The notes beneath the pieces are model-generated. The model saw nothing but the letters and a program-made list of their open reading frames with translations. It searched no databases and was not told where the DNA came from. From positions 4,218,001 through 4,282,000 of the forward strand of contig NC_086109.1 in the NCBI RefSeq assembly GCF_963921235.1: 64,000 nt of DNA, read 5' to 3'. The DNA comes from Mobula hypostoma (Eukaryota). The position numbers and the translations under genes are program-made. Numbering within the stretch: position 1 is the first letter of the stretch; each line of letters starts with the position of its first letter. Shown here one piece after another: positions 24,380 through 37,500 of the stretch.

Positions 24380-24887
24380 GATGAGAGCATTCTAACTGCA
24401 TCCTCGTCTGGTATCTGGGAGGGGGCGGGGAGAGCTATTGAATAAGCTGCAGAGTAGTTGTAAACTTAGTCAGCTCCATCATGGGTACTGGCATCCGTAT
24501 TATCCAGGACATCTTCAAGGAGCGATGCCTCAAAAAGGTGGCATCCATCATTAAGGACTCCCATCACTCAGGTCATGCCATGTTCTCATTGCTACCATCA
24601 GGAGAGAGGTACAGGAGGCTGAAGGCACACACTCAGTGATTCAGGAACAGCTTCTTCCTCTCTGCCATCCAATTTCTGAAAGGACATTGACCCCATGAAC
24701 ATTACCTCACTACTTTTTTTATTTCTGTTGTTGCACTACTTATTTAATTTAACTATTTCATATACAGTACAAATACATCTTTACTGTAATTCACAGTTTT
24801 TCTCTATTATTATGTGTTGCAATGTTCTGCTGCCACCTAGTTAACAAATTTCACGACTTATGCCTGTGATATTAAACCGATTCTGAG
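24380..24887 (+). mobile_element. Rex1/Babar-type LINE 3' end
   Basis: SIIKDSHHSGHAMFSLLPSG..FRNSFF remnant, with a 3'UTR ending GATATTAAACCGATTCTGA. Confidence 0.75.
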
Positions 24888-24896
24888 ATTTGTTTT

Positions 24897-27800
24897 ATAA
24901 CTATATAACCATATAACAATTACAGCACGGAAACAGGCCATCTTGGCCCTTCTAGTCTTACCCTATCCTATTCCCACCGACCTGCACTCAGCCCATAACC
25001 CTCCATTCCTTTCCTGTCCATATATCTATCCAATTTAACCTTAAACGACAACATCGAACCTGCCTCAACCACTTCTGCTGGAAGCTCGTTCCACATAACT
25101 ACCACTCTCTGAGTAAAGAAGTTCCCCCTCATGTTACCCCTAAACTTTTGCCCTTTAACTCTCAACTCATGTCCTCTTGTTTAAATCTCCCTCACTTTCA
25201 ATGGAAAAAGCCTATCCACGTCAACCCTATCTATCCCTCTCATAATTTTAAATACCTCTATCAAGTCCCCCCTCAACCTTCTACGCTCCAAAGAATAAAG
25301 ACCCAACTTGTTCATCCTTTCTCTGTAACTTAGGTGATAAAACCCAGGTAACATTCCAGTAAATCTTCTCTGTACTCTCTCTATTTTGTTGACATCTTTC
25401 CTATAATTTGGTGACCAAAGTTGTACACAATGCTCCAAATTTGGCCTCACCAGTGCCTTGTACAATTACAACATTACATCCCAACTCCTATACTCAATTC
25501 TCTGATTTATAAAGGCCAGCATACCAAAAGCTTTCTTCACCTCCCTATCCACATGAGATTCCACCTTCAGGGAACTATGCACCATTATTCCTAGATCCCT
25601 CTGTTCTACTGCATTCTTCAATGTCCTACCATTTACCATGTATGTCTTATTTTGATTAGTCCTACCAAAATGTAGCACCTCACATTTATCAGCATTAAAC
25701 TCATCTGCCATCTTTCAGCCCACTCTTCTAACTGGCCTAAATCTCTCTGCAAGCTTTGGAAACCTACTTCAATATCTACAACTCCACCTATCTTATCTGC
25801 ATACTTACTCATCCAATTTAGCACCCCATCATCCAGATCATTAATGTATATGGACCCAGTACAGATCCCTGAGGCACATCACTAGTCACTGGCCTCCAAT
25901 CTGACAAACAGTTATCCACCACTATTCTCTGGCATCTCCCATCCAGCCACTGCTGAATCCATTTTACTACTTCAATATTAATACCTAACGATTGAACCTT
26001 CCTAACTAACCTTCCGTGTGGAACCTTGTCAAAGGCCTTACTGAAGTCCATATAGACAACATCCACCGCTTTACCCTCGTCAACTTTCCTAGTAACCTCT
26101 TCAAAAAATTCAATAAGATTTGTCAAACATGACCTTCCACTCACAAATCCATGTTGACTGTTCCTAATCAGACCCTGTCTATCCAGATAATTATATATAC
26201 CATCTCTAAGAATACTTTCCATGAATTTACCCACCACTGACGTCAAACTCACAGGCCGATAATTGCTAGGTTAACTCTTAGAACCCTTTTTAAACAATGG
26301 AACAACATGAGCAATACGCCAATCCTCCGGCACCACTCCCATTTCTAATGACATTTGAAATATTTCTGTCAGAGCCCCTGCTATTTCCACACTAACTTCC
26401 TGTAACGTCCCAGGGAATATCCTGTCAGGACCCGGAGACTTATCCACTTTTATATTGCTTAAAAGGGCCAGTACTTCCTCTTCTTTAATCATCATAGTAT
26501 CCATAACTTCCCTACCTGTTTCCCCTATCTTACACAATTAAATATCTTTCTCCTTAGTGAATACCGAAGAAAAGAAATTGTTCAGAATCTCCCCCATCTC
26601 TTCTGGCTCCGCACATAGCAGTCCACTCTGATTCTCTAAGGGACCTATTTTATCCCTCGCTATCCTTTTGCTATTACTATAACTGTAGAAGCCCTTGGGA
26701 TTTATTTTCACCTTACTTGCCAAAGCAACCTCATATCTTCTTTTAGCTTTTCTAATTTTTTTCTTAAGATTCTTTTTACATTCTTTACATTCCTCGAGCA
26801 CCTCATTTACTCCATGCTGCCTATATTTATTGTAGATCTCTCTCTTTTTCCGAACCAAGTTTCCTATATCCCTTGAAAACCATGGCTCTCTCAAACTTTT
26901 AACCTTTCCTTTCAACCTACAGGAACATAAGGATTCTGCACCCTCAAAATTTCACCTTTAAATGACCTTCATTTCTCTATTACATTCTTCCCATAAAACA
27001 AATTGTCCCAATACACTCCTTCTAAATCCTTTCGCATCTCCTCAATGTTAGCCTTTCTCCAATCAAAAATCTCAACCCTGAGTCCAGACCTATCTTTCTC
27101 CATAATTATATTGAAACTAATGGCATTGTGATCACTGGACCTGAAATCCTCCCCAACACATACCTCTGTCACCTGCGCTATCTCATTCCCTAACAGGAGA
27201 TCCAACACTGCCCCTTCTCTACTTGGTACCTCTATGTATTGCTGCAAAAAACTATCCTGCACACATTTTACAAACTCCAAACCATCCAGCCCTTTTACAG
27301 AATGGGCTTCCAAGTCTATGTGTGGAAGATTAAAATCTCCCACAATCACAACTTTGTGCTTACTACAAATATCTGCTATCTCCTTACAAATTTGGTCCTC
27401 CAATTCTCGCTCCCCACTTGGTGGTCTATAATACACCCCCATACGTGTTACTACACCTTTCCCATTCCTCAATTCCACCCAAAAAGCCCCCCTAGACGAG
27501 CCCTCTAATCTATCCTTCCAGAGCACCACTGTAATATTTTCTCTGACAAGCAATGCAACACCTCCCCCTCTTGTCCCTCTGATTCTATCGCACCTGAAGC
27601 AATTAAATCCAGGAATATTTAGTTGCCAATCACACCCCTCCTGTAACCATGTTTCACTAATAGCTAGCACATCATTCTTCCAGGTATCAATCCATGTCGC
27701 AAGCTCATCCACCTTTCTTATAATGGTCCTAGCGTTAAAGTAAATGCATTGAAGAAATTTTCCACCTCTTACTCTCTGTTTATCACTAACGGTGCAAACA

Positions 27801-28364
27801 ACTTTACTATTTTCTTTATCTTCCTTCTTCCCTACATCTGTTCCTACACTCTGTTTCCCCTCCCCCCTTGTATCTAGTTAAATCCACCAGAGCCTCTCTA
27901 GCAAACCTACCTGCAAGAATATTTGTCCCCCTCCAGTTCAGATGTAAAACGTCCCACCGGAACAGGTCCCACCTTCCCTGAAAAATTGCCCAATTATCTA
28001 TAAATCTGTACCCCTCCCTCCTGCACCATGTCTTCTGCCACGTGTTGATCTGCGCTATCTTACTATTTCTAAACCTGCCTGCACATGGCACTGGTAGCAA
28101 TCCTGAGATTGCTATCCTGGAAGTCCTGTCCTTTAACTCGGCGCCTAACTCCCTAAACTCACCTTTCAGGACCTTTTCACTCCTCCTACCTACGTCATTG
28201 GTCCCTACATGGACCATGACATCCAGCTGCTCACCCTCCCTCTTGAGAATACTGAGAACTCGATCCGAGATGTCGTGGACCTTGGCACCAGGGAGGCAAC
28301 AGACCATCTGGGATTCTCGATCTCTTCCACAGAACCTCTTATCTGTCCCCCTAACTATCGAATC
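24897..28364 (-). mobile_element. CR1 LINE, 5'-truncated within ORF1; disrupted ORF1 (SGNH esterase) and ORF2 (APE endonuclease + RT)
   Basis: ORF1 remnant DSIVRG...VHVGTND...HLNWRG (27816-28364). APE motifs ISETW, GVYYRPP, VGDFN, LDLLL, SDH. RT motifs QHGF, DFSKAFDKVPH, PQGSVLGP, KYAD. CR1 C-terminus FFTQRVV..WNELP and (TATATGGT)-like tail. It is inserted into a Rex1/Babar 3'UTR (CTGAGATTTGTTTT|...|CTTGCGGGC). Confidence 0.95.
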
Positions 28365-28839
28365 TTGCGGGCATCCACAGGAAAACAAAGTACAATAGAA
28401 TCAATGAAAAACGACACACAAAGACTGACACAACCGTTATGCAAAAGAACACAAGTTGTAGAGTCCTTGAAAGTGAGTCTGTAGGTTGTGAAATCAGTTC
28501 CAAATTAAGGTGAGCGAAGTTATCCACACTGGTTCAGGAGCCTGATGGCTGAAGGGTAATCACTGTTCCTGAACTATCATCATTCTCTGCAGAAAAACTG
28601 ACGCCTTACATCTCTGTTGAAATTAACCCTCTCACCTTAAACGCATCAAGGTGCTCTCTAGTAGTGGACTTTTCAACCCTGGGAAAAAGATACTGTCTGT
28701 CTACTCTATCTCTGCCTCTCAAAATCTTATAAACCTCTATCAGATTGGCGTCAGCCTCCACTGCTCCGGAGAATACAACCCAAGTTTGTCCAACCTCTTG
28801 TTGTAGCGATACCCTCTAATCCAGGCAATGTTCTGCTAA

Positions 28840-29009
28840 CACGAGGAAATCTGCAGATGCTGGAAATTCAAGCAACGCACACAAACTGCTGGTAGAATGC
28901 AGCAGGCCAGGTAGTGTCTATAGGAGGAGGTGCAGTCGACGAAGGGTCTTGGCCCGAAACGTTGACTGTACCTCTTCCTATAGATGCTACCTGGCCTGCT
29001 GCGTTCCAC
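28840..29009. mobile_element. Fold-back Penelope-like insertion with 14-bp TSD inside a CR1 fragment
   Basis: Inverted arms surround GACGAAGGGTCTTGGCCCGAAACGTT. Direct repeat CAATGTTCTGCTAA at 28826-28839 and 29010-29023. Confidence 0.8.
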
Positions 29010-30915
29010 CAATGTTCTGCTAAACCTCTTCTGCAGCCTTTCCAATGCCTCCACATCCTCACATTTATCTGCCTATTTAAGCATCTCTTAAAAGTCCCCG
29101 ATGGATCTGCCTCTACCACCACCCATTCCTGGCACCTACCATTCATGCGTAAAAAAAAATCACCCCCTCGACTCCTTTGAAATTACCGCCACTGGCTTTA
29201 AATGCATGCCCTGGGGATAACCTGGAATTTAAACCCATCAAATGGGTACAGTAGTTCAAAGAAATCGTCTCCTTCTCAAGGGCAGTAAGGGCTGTCCTTG
29301 TTAGCAACATCTGATCCTGAAAATTCTTTATTTATATTTATTGTGATTCATGGCGGAATCAGCCCTTCAAGCCACACCATCCAGCAATCCCCTCACAGTT
29401 CCTTGCTGTATCTTAATGACCCAACCACCAGGGGACAGTGAAGACTGAAGAGGTACACATGAGCGGAGAAAGCCGATGGCAGACGTGTCCAAAACTGGAC
29501 AGTGTGCATTTGAGCCATGAAACAGGAGGATTAGACAAAGAACATTTTCACTGGGTTTGGGTTGGGGGGGGGGAGAGGGTTGGAATCTGGAGAGCAGACT
29601 GTGTGAGGGGGTGGTGGAGGCAGTGTCTCACAACGTTCCACATGAACATTGACGCGACGACTTCTTGAGGTGTGAGAGGCAATGGATCACATGGTGGAAA
29701 GCACAGATGGGTACGATAGTTATGCCGATCTTTGGTGATCTGATGTGTTGGGTGTTACGGTGGGTGCAGTGAACCGTCAGAGCAAGTGGTTGAGTAAGGT
29801 ACAATAAAGATGTTTAAAAGTCAGTTGGACAGGTACATGGAGAGGAAAGGCATAGAGTAGGGGTTCCCAACCTTTCTTATGCCATGGACCCTTACCATTA
29901 ACCAAGGGGTCCGTCGACCCCACTTAGGAACTCCTGGGAGAGAGGGTCATGGGCCAAATACTGCCTGGATTATGAGCTATGAGCAGAGGTTGGACAAACG
30001 TGGGTTGCTTTCCAAGGACTAGCTTGGGTGGGCACTTGGTCAACCTGGACCAACACGTCTTTCTTTGTCCTCATTACTCCTCATGCCTGGTGATAAAAAC
30101 AGTCAAAGGACCCGTAGTGACTCAGGGAGTGAGATGGGATGCCGGCAATTTTATCTGGATGGAAAATCGTACATTTCCTCTGTACGTCATTGTTATGATT
30201 GACTGCCTCTCTATTGGATGTTGAAGGGTAAAAATTATCTCTATCTGTCACACGTACGTCGAAACTTGCAGTGAACTGCATCGTTTGCGTCAAATCGAAA
30301 CGGCAAGGATTGTGCTGGCAGTAGCCCGCAGGTGTAGCTATGCCTCCAGCACCAACATAACGTGCCCACAACGACTACGTCATTGGGATGTGGAAGGAAA
30401 CCGGAGCACCCAGAGGAAACGCACATGGTCACAGGGAGAAGACAGTCAGTGGAGGGAATTGGACCCCGATCTCACAGCCAGTGCTGTAAGACATTCTCTA
30501 ACCGCTACACGACCATGATGCTCTCTCTGTGAACTTGGCTCTGAAGACAAATCCTGAACGCTGGCCGTGTGGGAACTTGGCCCGGAGCTGTTGGTAGAAC
30601 AGTGAACCCTCAACCAATATTGTATCCCTAACACCCGACACACGTACTTAGAATTGCCAAATCCAGGGCCAGCAACTCCGGATGCGGCCTATCCTGAGGT
30701 TGGAGGTGGGTGGAAGGGGCCTGTCCTGGGGTTGGAGGCCTCTCTGTGTCTGCGCGAGTAGGTGAGTGGGAGGGAGAGACATGTCTGTGTGTGTGTGTGA
30801 GAGAGGGTGAGTGGTTGGAAGGGACCTGTGGGTGGGTGGGTGGGGCCTGTCTTTGTCTGTGAGGGGCCTGTTCTGGGGTTGGAGGCCTGTCTGTCTGTGT
30901 GAGTGGGGTAGGCCT

Positions 30916-31219
30916 AGTGTGGGCATGTGGCCAAGTGGTCAAGGCATTCGACTAGCCACCTGAAGGTCGTGACTTCAAGCCCCAGCCGAGGCAGCATATA
31001 CTGTGTCCTTGAGCAAGGCACTTAACCACACAGTGCTCTGCGACGACACTGGTGCCAAGCTGTGTGGGCCCTTGCCCTTGCCTTGGACAACATCGGTGTC
31101 GTGGAGAGGGGAGACTTGCAGCATGGGCAACTGCTGGTCTTCCATACAACCTTGCCCAGGCCTGCGCCCTGGAGAGTGAAGACTTTCCAGGCGCAGATCC
31201 ATGGTCTCGCAAGACTAAC
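30916..31219 (+). mobile_element. tRNA-head SINE with CORE-like centre and RTE-like tail
   Basis: A box TGGCCAAGTGG 30928-30938, B-box-like ACTTCAAGCC, CORE-like TGTGTCCTTGAGCAAGGCACTTAACC and tail CCATGGTCTCGCAAGAC. Perfect 11-bp TSD GGGGTAGGCCT (30905-30915, 31220-31230). Confidence 0.75.
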
Positions 31220-33208
31220 GGGGTAGGCCTGTCCCGGGCTTGGAGTCCTGTCTCTGTGTGTGAGGGGGAGGAAAAGGGCTTATTTTGTTTTTGTTGTTGC
31301 TGTTTCGTTGTTCTGCTGAGCAGTGTGAGCGTGTTGTGTTGGCACTGGATTGTATTGGTGGCACTTGTAGGCTGGTCCCAGCTCGTCTTCAGGTTGCGTT
31401 GGTTGTTAATGCAAATATTTTGTAACTCCAAAATATTAAAACATTGGAAGGAAAACAAGGGGAATGTGAGTCTAACCTCGTTTTTTTCTTACTCTAAGCA
31501 AGGTGCGCACGTATAACGTGGTGGCAAAATGACGTATGCCATTTACGTACTTTTACATTCAACGGGCAGTGCATCAACAAAAAGATGCTGAGTCAAACAG
31601 TATATTTTCAATATTGCTGAAATATTAAACACACAACATACTTGTAATGAATAAATGGATCTGAATCAGAATCTGACCTTATTTGAAGAATGTTAAATAG
31701 TGCAGCTCACACAGACAGGTTTAACAAAAAGCAGTCTGTTTTATTAAACTTGAATGAACTTAAACCATTATCTATGAAGTATGCAAACTATTTGCTTATT
31801 ATTTTGTTTATTTGGGTGGCTACAGCGTGTTGTACAAGATGTTGGCAAGGTCACACTTGGAGCATTGTGTTCAGTTTTGGTCATGCTGCTGCAGGAAAAA
31901 TGGTATTAAACCGGAATGAATACACAATAGAATTTTCCAGAACTTGAGGGACTGAGTGACAGGGAGAAGTTGGACAGGATGGGGCTTATTCCCCAGTGCA
32001 GGGGACTAAGAGGTGAATAAAATCATGAGGGGCATAGATGGGGTGAACATACTCCATTTTTTTCCCCCAGTTTAAGATGATAAGGGAAAGATTTAATAGG
32101 AATTTGAGGGGCTATTTTTGAAGACAAAGGGAGATATCTATGTGAAATCAGCTGCCAAGTCAGGTACATTAAGAAGTTTTAAAAGATAGGTGGACAGGTA
32201 CACAGAATGAAAAGGTTTAGATGGTTATGGGCTAGTGCTGGCAAACTGGATAATTGGACTAGTATTGTTGGTCATCTTGGTTAGACCAGTTGAGCTGAAC
32301 AGCCTGATGTTGTGTTATGTGACTCTATAACAGAGAACACGGAACAGTACAGCACAGTGCACACCCTTCAGCCCACCATGTTGTGCCTACTCCAAGATCA
32401 ACCTAACCCTTCCCTCCTACATAGCCCTGCATTTTTCTACCACCCATATGCTGTCTAAGAGTCTCTTAAATGTCCCTATTGTATCTCCCTCTACCACCAC
32501 CCCCAGCGGTTTTCCAAGCACCCACCACTACTTGTGACTTGTGTCAAAAACCTACTTCTGACATCCCCTGGCAGGGAGGAGATACAGCTTTACAAAAGGA
32601 GGCGTAAGGCGCTATTTCCCCCCACCCCCGCTAACCTGCAGGTTACCTTTGGGCAAGGTGTAGCATTGTTTAGCCCCCGATCAGGGTCATGTGAAGCCAT
32701 GGGGGCAGGTGGTGGATGGTCGTACGAGCAGCCGGTGCAGATCACAAGTCCTGGTTATGTGACCACTGACGCCAGACAGACAATCTCTGAAGAGTATTAA
32801 TAATGGCTGGGGTCACCCGTCTTGTAAAGACACTGCCCGGAAGAAGGCAGTGGCATTGACAACACTAGAGGACAGGATCGAACCCAGGTCCCTGGTGTTT
32901 TATAGCAGGTTCTCTATCCACTGTACCCAGTGGGGCTCCCCTTACCTCCGTTCACCCACCTGTCCGTCATCACCTTGATCGTGGTCTCCCCCTGTCTATA
33001 CACACACACACACACACACACAACTAATCTGTCGGGGCTTGGCATGAATGTATCTGACACACACAGTTCCAAGGCTCACCATTCTCATATCCATGGTGAA
33101 TGAACATAGTCCCATAAGACATAGATTTCATCATCACTCACGGCTGTGGAGGCCAAGTCATTGGCTACCATTAAAGTGCAGGCTGATAGGTTCTTGATTA
33201 GTCAGGGT

Positions 33209-33581
33209 CTGTACTGTTGGTTGAGAGGAATGGAGTCATTGACACTATGGTTTTCTTTTCTTCCATTTTTACGTTGTTAAAATTGCCCAAGTCTTTTTAG
33301 TTTAGTTGATTAATTCTGTTTAGATTAGTTTTTTTTGGGGGGGAGGTTTTTTTTCCTTTTTTTTCTTTTTTTCACGAGTTTTCTCTAGTTGCTTTCTTTT
33401 TGTCCTGTATTATTCATTGGTATCCTACATGATTGGGAGTTTTGTCAATTAATACTATTTGGTTTTATAATTACTCATCTTAAGTATAACAATGTATTCC
33501 CAACAATTTTGTATTATTGTATTATTTGTATTATATGTTTATATTTTATGAAACTAATAAGAAGATTGAAAAAGAAAGAAA
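33209..33581 (+). mobile_element. L1-type LINE 3'UTR inserted in a CR1 3' end
   Basis: T-rich UTR and A-rich (AAAG)n tail, with a perfect 13-bp TSD GATTAGTCAGGGT (33196-33208, 33582-33594). It resembles the UTR at 46970-47290. Confidence 0.75.
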
Positions 33582-34092
33582 GATTAGTCAGGGTATCAAT
33601 GGTTACAGGGAAAAGACAAGAGAATGGGTTTGGAAGGAATAGTAAATCAGCCATGATGGGATGGCGGAGCAGACTTGATGGGCCAAATGGCCCAATTATG
33701 TTTCTATATCTTATAGTACTATTGTGGTCTCTGACAGCACCTGGAGACCCAGCCTGTCCTGGAGTTGGAGGGCAGCCTGTGTACGTGAGCAGGTGGGAGG
33801 GAAGGGGCTGGTTCTGCTGCTGCTGTGCTCTGTGTTGTTCTGCCGAGCATTGTGGGTATGCTATGTTGGCGCTGAATGTGTTGGCACACTTGTGGGCTGC
33901 CCCCAGTGCGCCCCTAGGTTGCATTAGTTGCTAACGCAAAAGGTGCATTTCACTATATGTTTCGATGTATGTGTGACAAGTAAAGCTGAATCTGAACCAG
34001 GAAAGTTGGGAATTTCCTGTCAGACCTCCCAACTACTTCCAACATTTTCTATTTTATTTCAGCTCATTGGTCTTTGCAGTTTTTTCTTAGAT

Positions 34093-34540
34093 TTATACTT
34101 TATACTTTGTCACCAAACAATTGATACTAGAATGTACAATCATCACAGCAATATTTGATTCTGCGCTTCCTGCTCCCTGGATTACAAATCGATAGTAAAT
34201 ATTAAAAATTTAAATTATAAATCATAAATAGAAAATAGAAAAATGGAAAGTAAAGTAATGCTAAAAAACCGAGAGGCAGGTCCGGATATTTGGAGGGTAC
34301 GGCCCAGATCCAGGTCAGGATCCGTTCAGCAGTCTTAACACAATTGGAAAGAAGCTGTTCCCAAATCTGGCTGTATGAGTCTTCAAGCTCCTGAGCCTTC
34401 TCCCGGAGGGAAGAGGGACGAAAAGGGTGTTGGCTGGGAAGAGGGACGAAAGGTGTGTTGGCTGGGTGGGTCGTGTCCTTGATTATTTTGGCAGCACTGC
34501 TCCGACAGCGTGCGGTGTAAAGTGAGTCCAAGGACAGATT
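34093..34540 (-). mobile_element. Rex1/Babar-type 3' end (same subfamily as ~3205-3452)
   Basis: LYTARCRSSAAKIIKDTTHPA..FVPLPS; the 3'UTR is near-identical to 3205-3452. Confidence 0.8.
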
Positions 34541-37500
34541 TCCAATTATTCTAACTTTACTATCAATAACCATTAACTATTATTCAAACTCTTGTTCCCC
34601 TTTGCTTAAGGCATTTTCACTATGTTCCTGATTGCAATTTATTGAGCTGGTGGATTATAAGTTCTGCATCAATTATTTCAGTTAACAATAACACACGAGG
34701 TAAATAAGTCCACATGTATTTGTTCGCACAAGTGTGATGGACAACCCAACATCTTCTCAAAGACCATGAGACTGTGTGAAGATTCAACGTAGTTACACTG
34801 GGATGTCTGATAAAGTAGAATACCTCCTATCGATAAAAAAGAGAAATGTTATTCCCAATTAAAATAATCTCTTAATCAGAAAGAACATGTGAAAAGTATG
34901 ATATATTTTCCCAGTAGCTGGTCATGAATAAATGCCTGCTGGCCACAGAAATGTTTGGATTCTTTACAGAAAATCAAATAAAACACCACCAATGCTGGAA
35001 ATCTAAAATAAAATCAGAGAGTGATGGTAACACTCAGCAGGTGAGGTCACACCTGTGAGAAGAGGAACAGTTAATATTTTAGGTTGGAGATGCTACATTA
35101 AAGCTGAGAAGGAGACAGAAGAACGTGAAGGGAGGGTGAAGGAGGGGGTGTCTCTGATGGGGCAAATCCAGTTGACCGTGGGAATCGGCGTGAATCACGG
35201 TGATGTCAGTGAATGAGCAGGCAGTTAGAGAAGGAGAACATAGACAGGGGGATGTAGAAGTTGCAAAATAAAGAGTAGGAAGAGGTGCCCAGCAGGCCAG
35301 GCTCATCATGTCCTCCACTTCCAGAGAGAGAGAAGCAAAGGAAATGAGGAGGAACCAAGCTGAGCCAATATCACCAACAGAAATCCCATCAGCTGGACTT
35401 GTAGAGTTCAAAAAAAGGGAATGAGAGAGGACCGAGCTGAGCCAGTATCACTGACAGAAATTCTGTCGCCTGGACTTGTAGACTTCAGTATCCAGCCCTA
35501 AAGCTGAGGTGCATTTCCTCGAGTTTGTGTTGGACCTCACTGTGACAGGGCAGGAGGTCACAGGTCAGAATGGAGATGGGATGGGGGTATTAATGTGCCA
35601 GGGACTGGAGGCTCAGGGTCACCCCTGAGGACTAAACACGGTGACCCTGGGCTACTGGTTAGTGGATTTTAAGGGAACTTGGCCATGAATTTCCGGGCAT
35701 GCTGGGAGGCATTATCCACTGAGCCAGTGTCAGGTTGTCGGTAAGCACCGGGACACCAGGTTAGCCTAGTGATCAGTGTGTCGGAGGTCAGAGTTCAATT
35801 CTGTAAGCAAGTTTGTACGTTCCTTCCTGTCTGCGCTGGGTTTCCACAGTCCAGAGACTTACTGGTTAGTAGGTGAATTGGCCATTATAAGTTGTCCCAT
35901 GTTTAGGTTAGTTATTAGATTGGTAGGTTGCTGGGTGGCATGGCTCGAAAGGCTGGAAGAGCCTGTCCCAGGCTGTATCTATAAATAAATAAATAAATCC
36001 AAAATACTAACAGAGCTTCACTGTAGTTCCTATGAAAGGTCATCCATTCAAAATGTTAACACTTGTTTCTCTCTCCACAGGTGCTGCCTGACCTACCAAG
36101 AGTTTCAAATGTACCCTGGTTTGTGGTGAGTGAGTGAGTGCACAGCAGAACAAGTAGAGTGTGGATAAACGTCTTATCCACTTTGGGTCAGGAAACAGAA
36201 AGGGCGATGGTGACCTGAAGGGTGAAGAGCTGGGTGCGCTGACACCCGAGCTGTTTTTGTACCCCACTCGCTGAAACCAAACCAGCAATCACCTGGGAAT
36301 GTAAGTTGGCCTTCAGTGGCAGAGTACAAAATAAAGGAGCCTCACTCCAGCTATACAGGGTCTCGGTGTAGTCAGGTCTCTTTAACATGAGGAAGTTGTT
36401 TTAGCCATAAAGGAGGATTCATTTCCACAATCGGACGACTGTTGTGTGTATGGGGAGAGGCTGAGCCGTATCCTCTGGAGTTTAGCAAACAGAAGGAGGG
36501 CCCATAGAAAGTTATAGATTTACTACAGGATGCAACAGACTAGATGCGGAGAGAATGTTTCCATTGGGGCATCCAGACGGTAGTGTCACAGCGGCAGCCT
36601 TGCACTCAACATCAGTGAGACCAAGGAACTGACTATGGACTTCAGGAAGGGGAAGTCAGAATATGCACCACTCCTCACTGAGGGGTCAGCAGTGGTGAGC
36701 AGATCCAAGTTACTGGGGGTCAACTTTTCCAAGGGTCTATCCTGGGCCCAACACATTGTTGCAATCCTGAAGAAGGCACACAAGCAGATCTACTTTGTTC
36801 AGAGTTTTTCTACAGAAGCGGTTTGCCATTGCCTTTTTCTGGGCAGTGTCTTTACAAGCTGGGTGATCCCGGCCATCATCAATACCCTTCAGAGATTGTC
36901 CGCCTGGTGTCAGTGGTCGCACAACCAGGAATTATGATATGCACCGGCTGCTGATATGACCATCCACCACCTGCTCCCATGGCTTCACGTGACCCTGATT
37001 GGGGAGGGGGCAACACCTTGCCCAAGGGTGACCTGCATGCTAGCGGAGGGAAGAAGTACTTTACACCTCCTTTGGTAGAGACATATCTCCACTCTGACAC
37101 CCACTACACTGCTGCTGCAAAACAACAAAATTTATATCATGTAAGACACTGATTTTGAAAACTGAGACTCACCATTCCTGGATACAGGGTATTAGGGGAG
37201 ATTTCTTCACCCAGTGAGGGGTAAACCTGTGGAATTCTCTCCCACAGAAGGCAGTGGATACCCGGTCAGTTTATACATTGAAGAAGGAGGTGGAAGGGTT
37301 GAGGGATATGGGTGAAGGTGGGAACCAGGGACAGAGTTAGGTGAGGACAAAGAGACTGCAGATGTTAGAACTTGGAACAAATACCAGAACACTGAGAGAA
37401 CTCTGAGAGAGCTTCTTCCCCTCTGCCGTCTAAGTTGTGAATGGACATTGAACCCATGAACAATACCTCACTAATTTTTATTTCTATTTTTGCAGTACTT

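Noticed and set aside
27816..28388. Host SGNH hydrolase gene
   Set aside because: It is the esterase-type ORF1 of the CR1, directly upstream of ORF2 and truncated at the GDS motif.
30916..30995. tRNA gene
   Set aside because: A/B-box-like motifs are present but they are followed by a SINE body and TSD, with no complete cloverleaf.
33389..33934. Hydrophobic 181-aa ORF, and similarly 40726-41115, as membrane proteins
   Set aside because: The hydrophobicity comes from T-rich LINE 3'UTR or tandem-repeat sequence spanning unrelated elements.
35330..35487. Two ~78-bp imperfect direct repeats
   Set aside because: A simple old local duplication within degenerate repeat-derived sequence, with no further structure seen.
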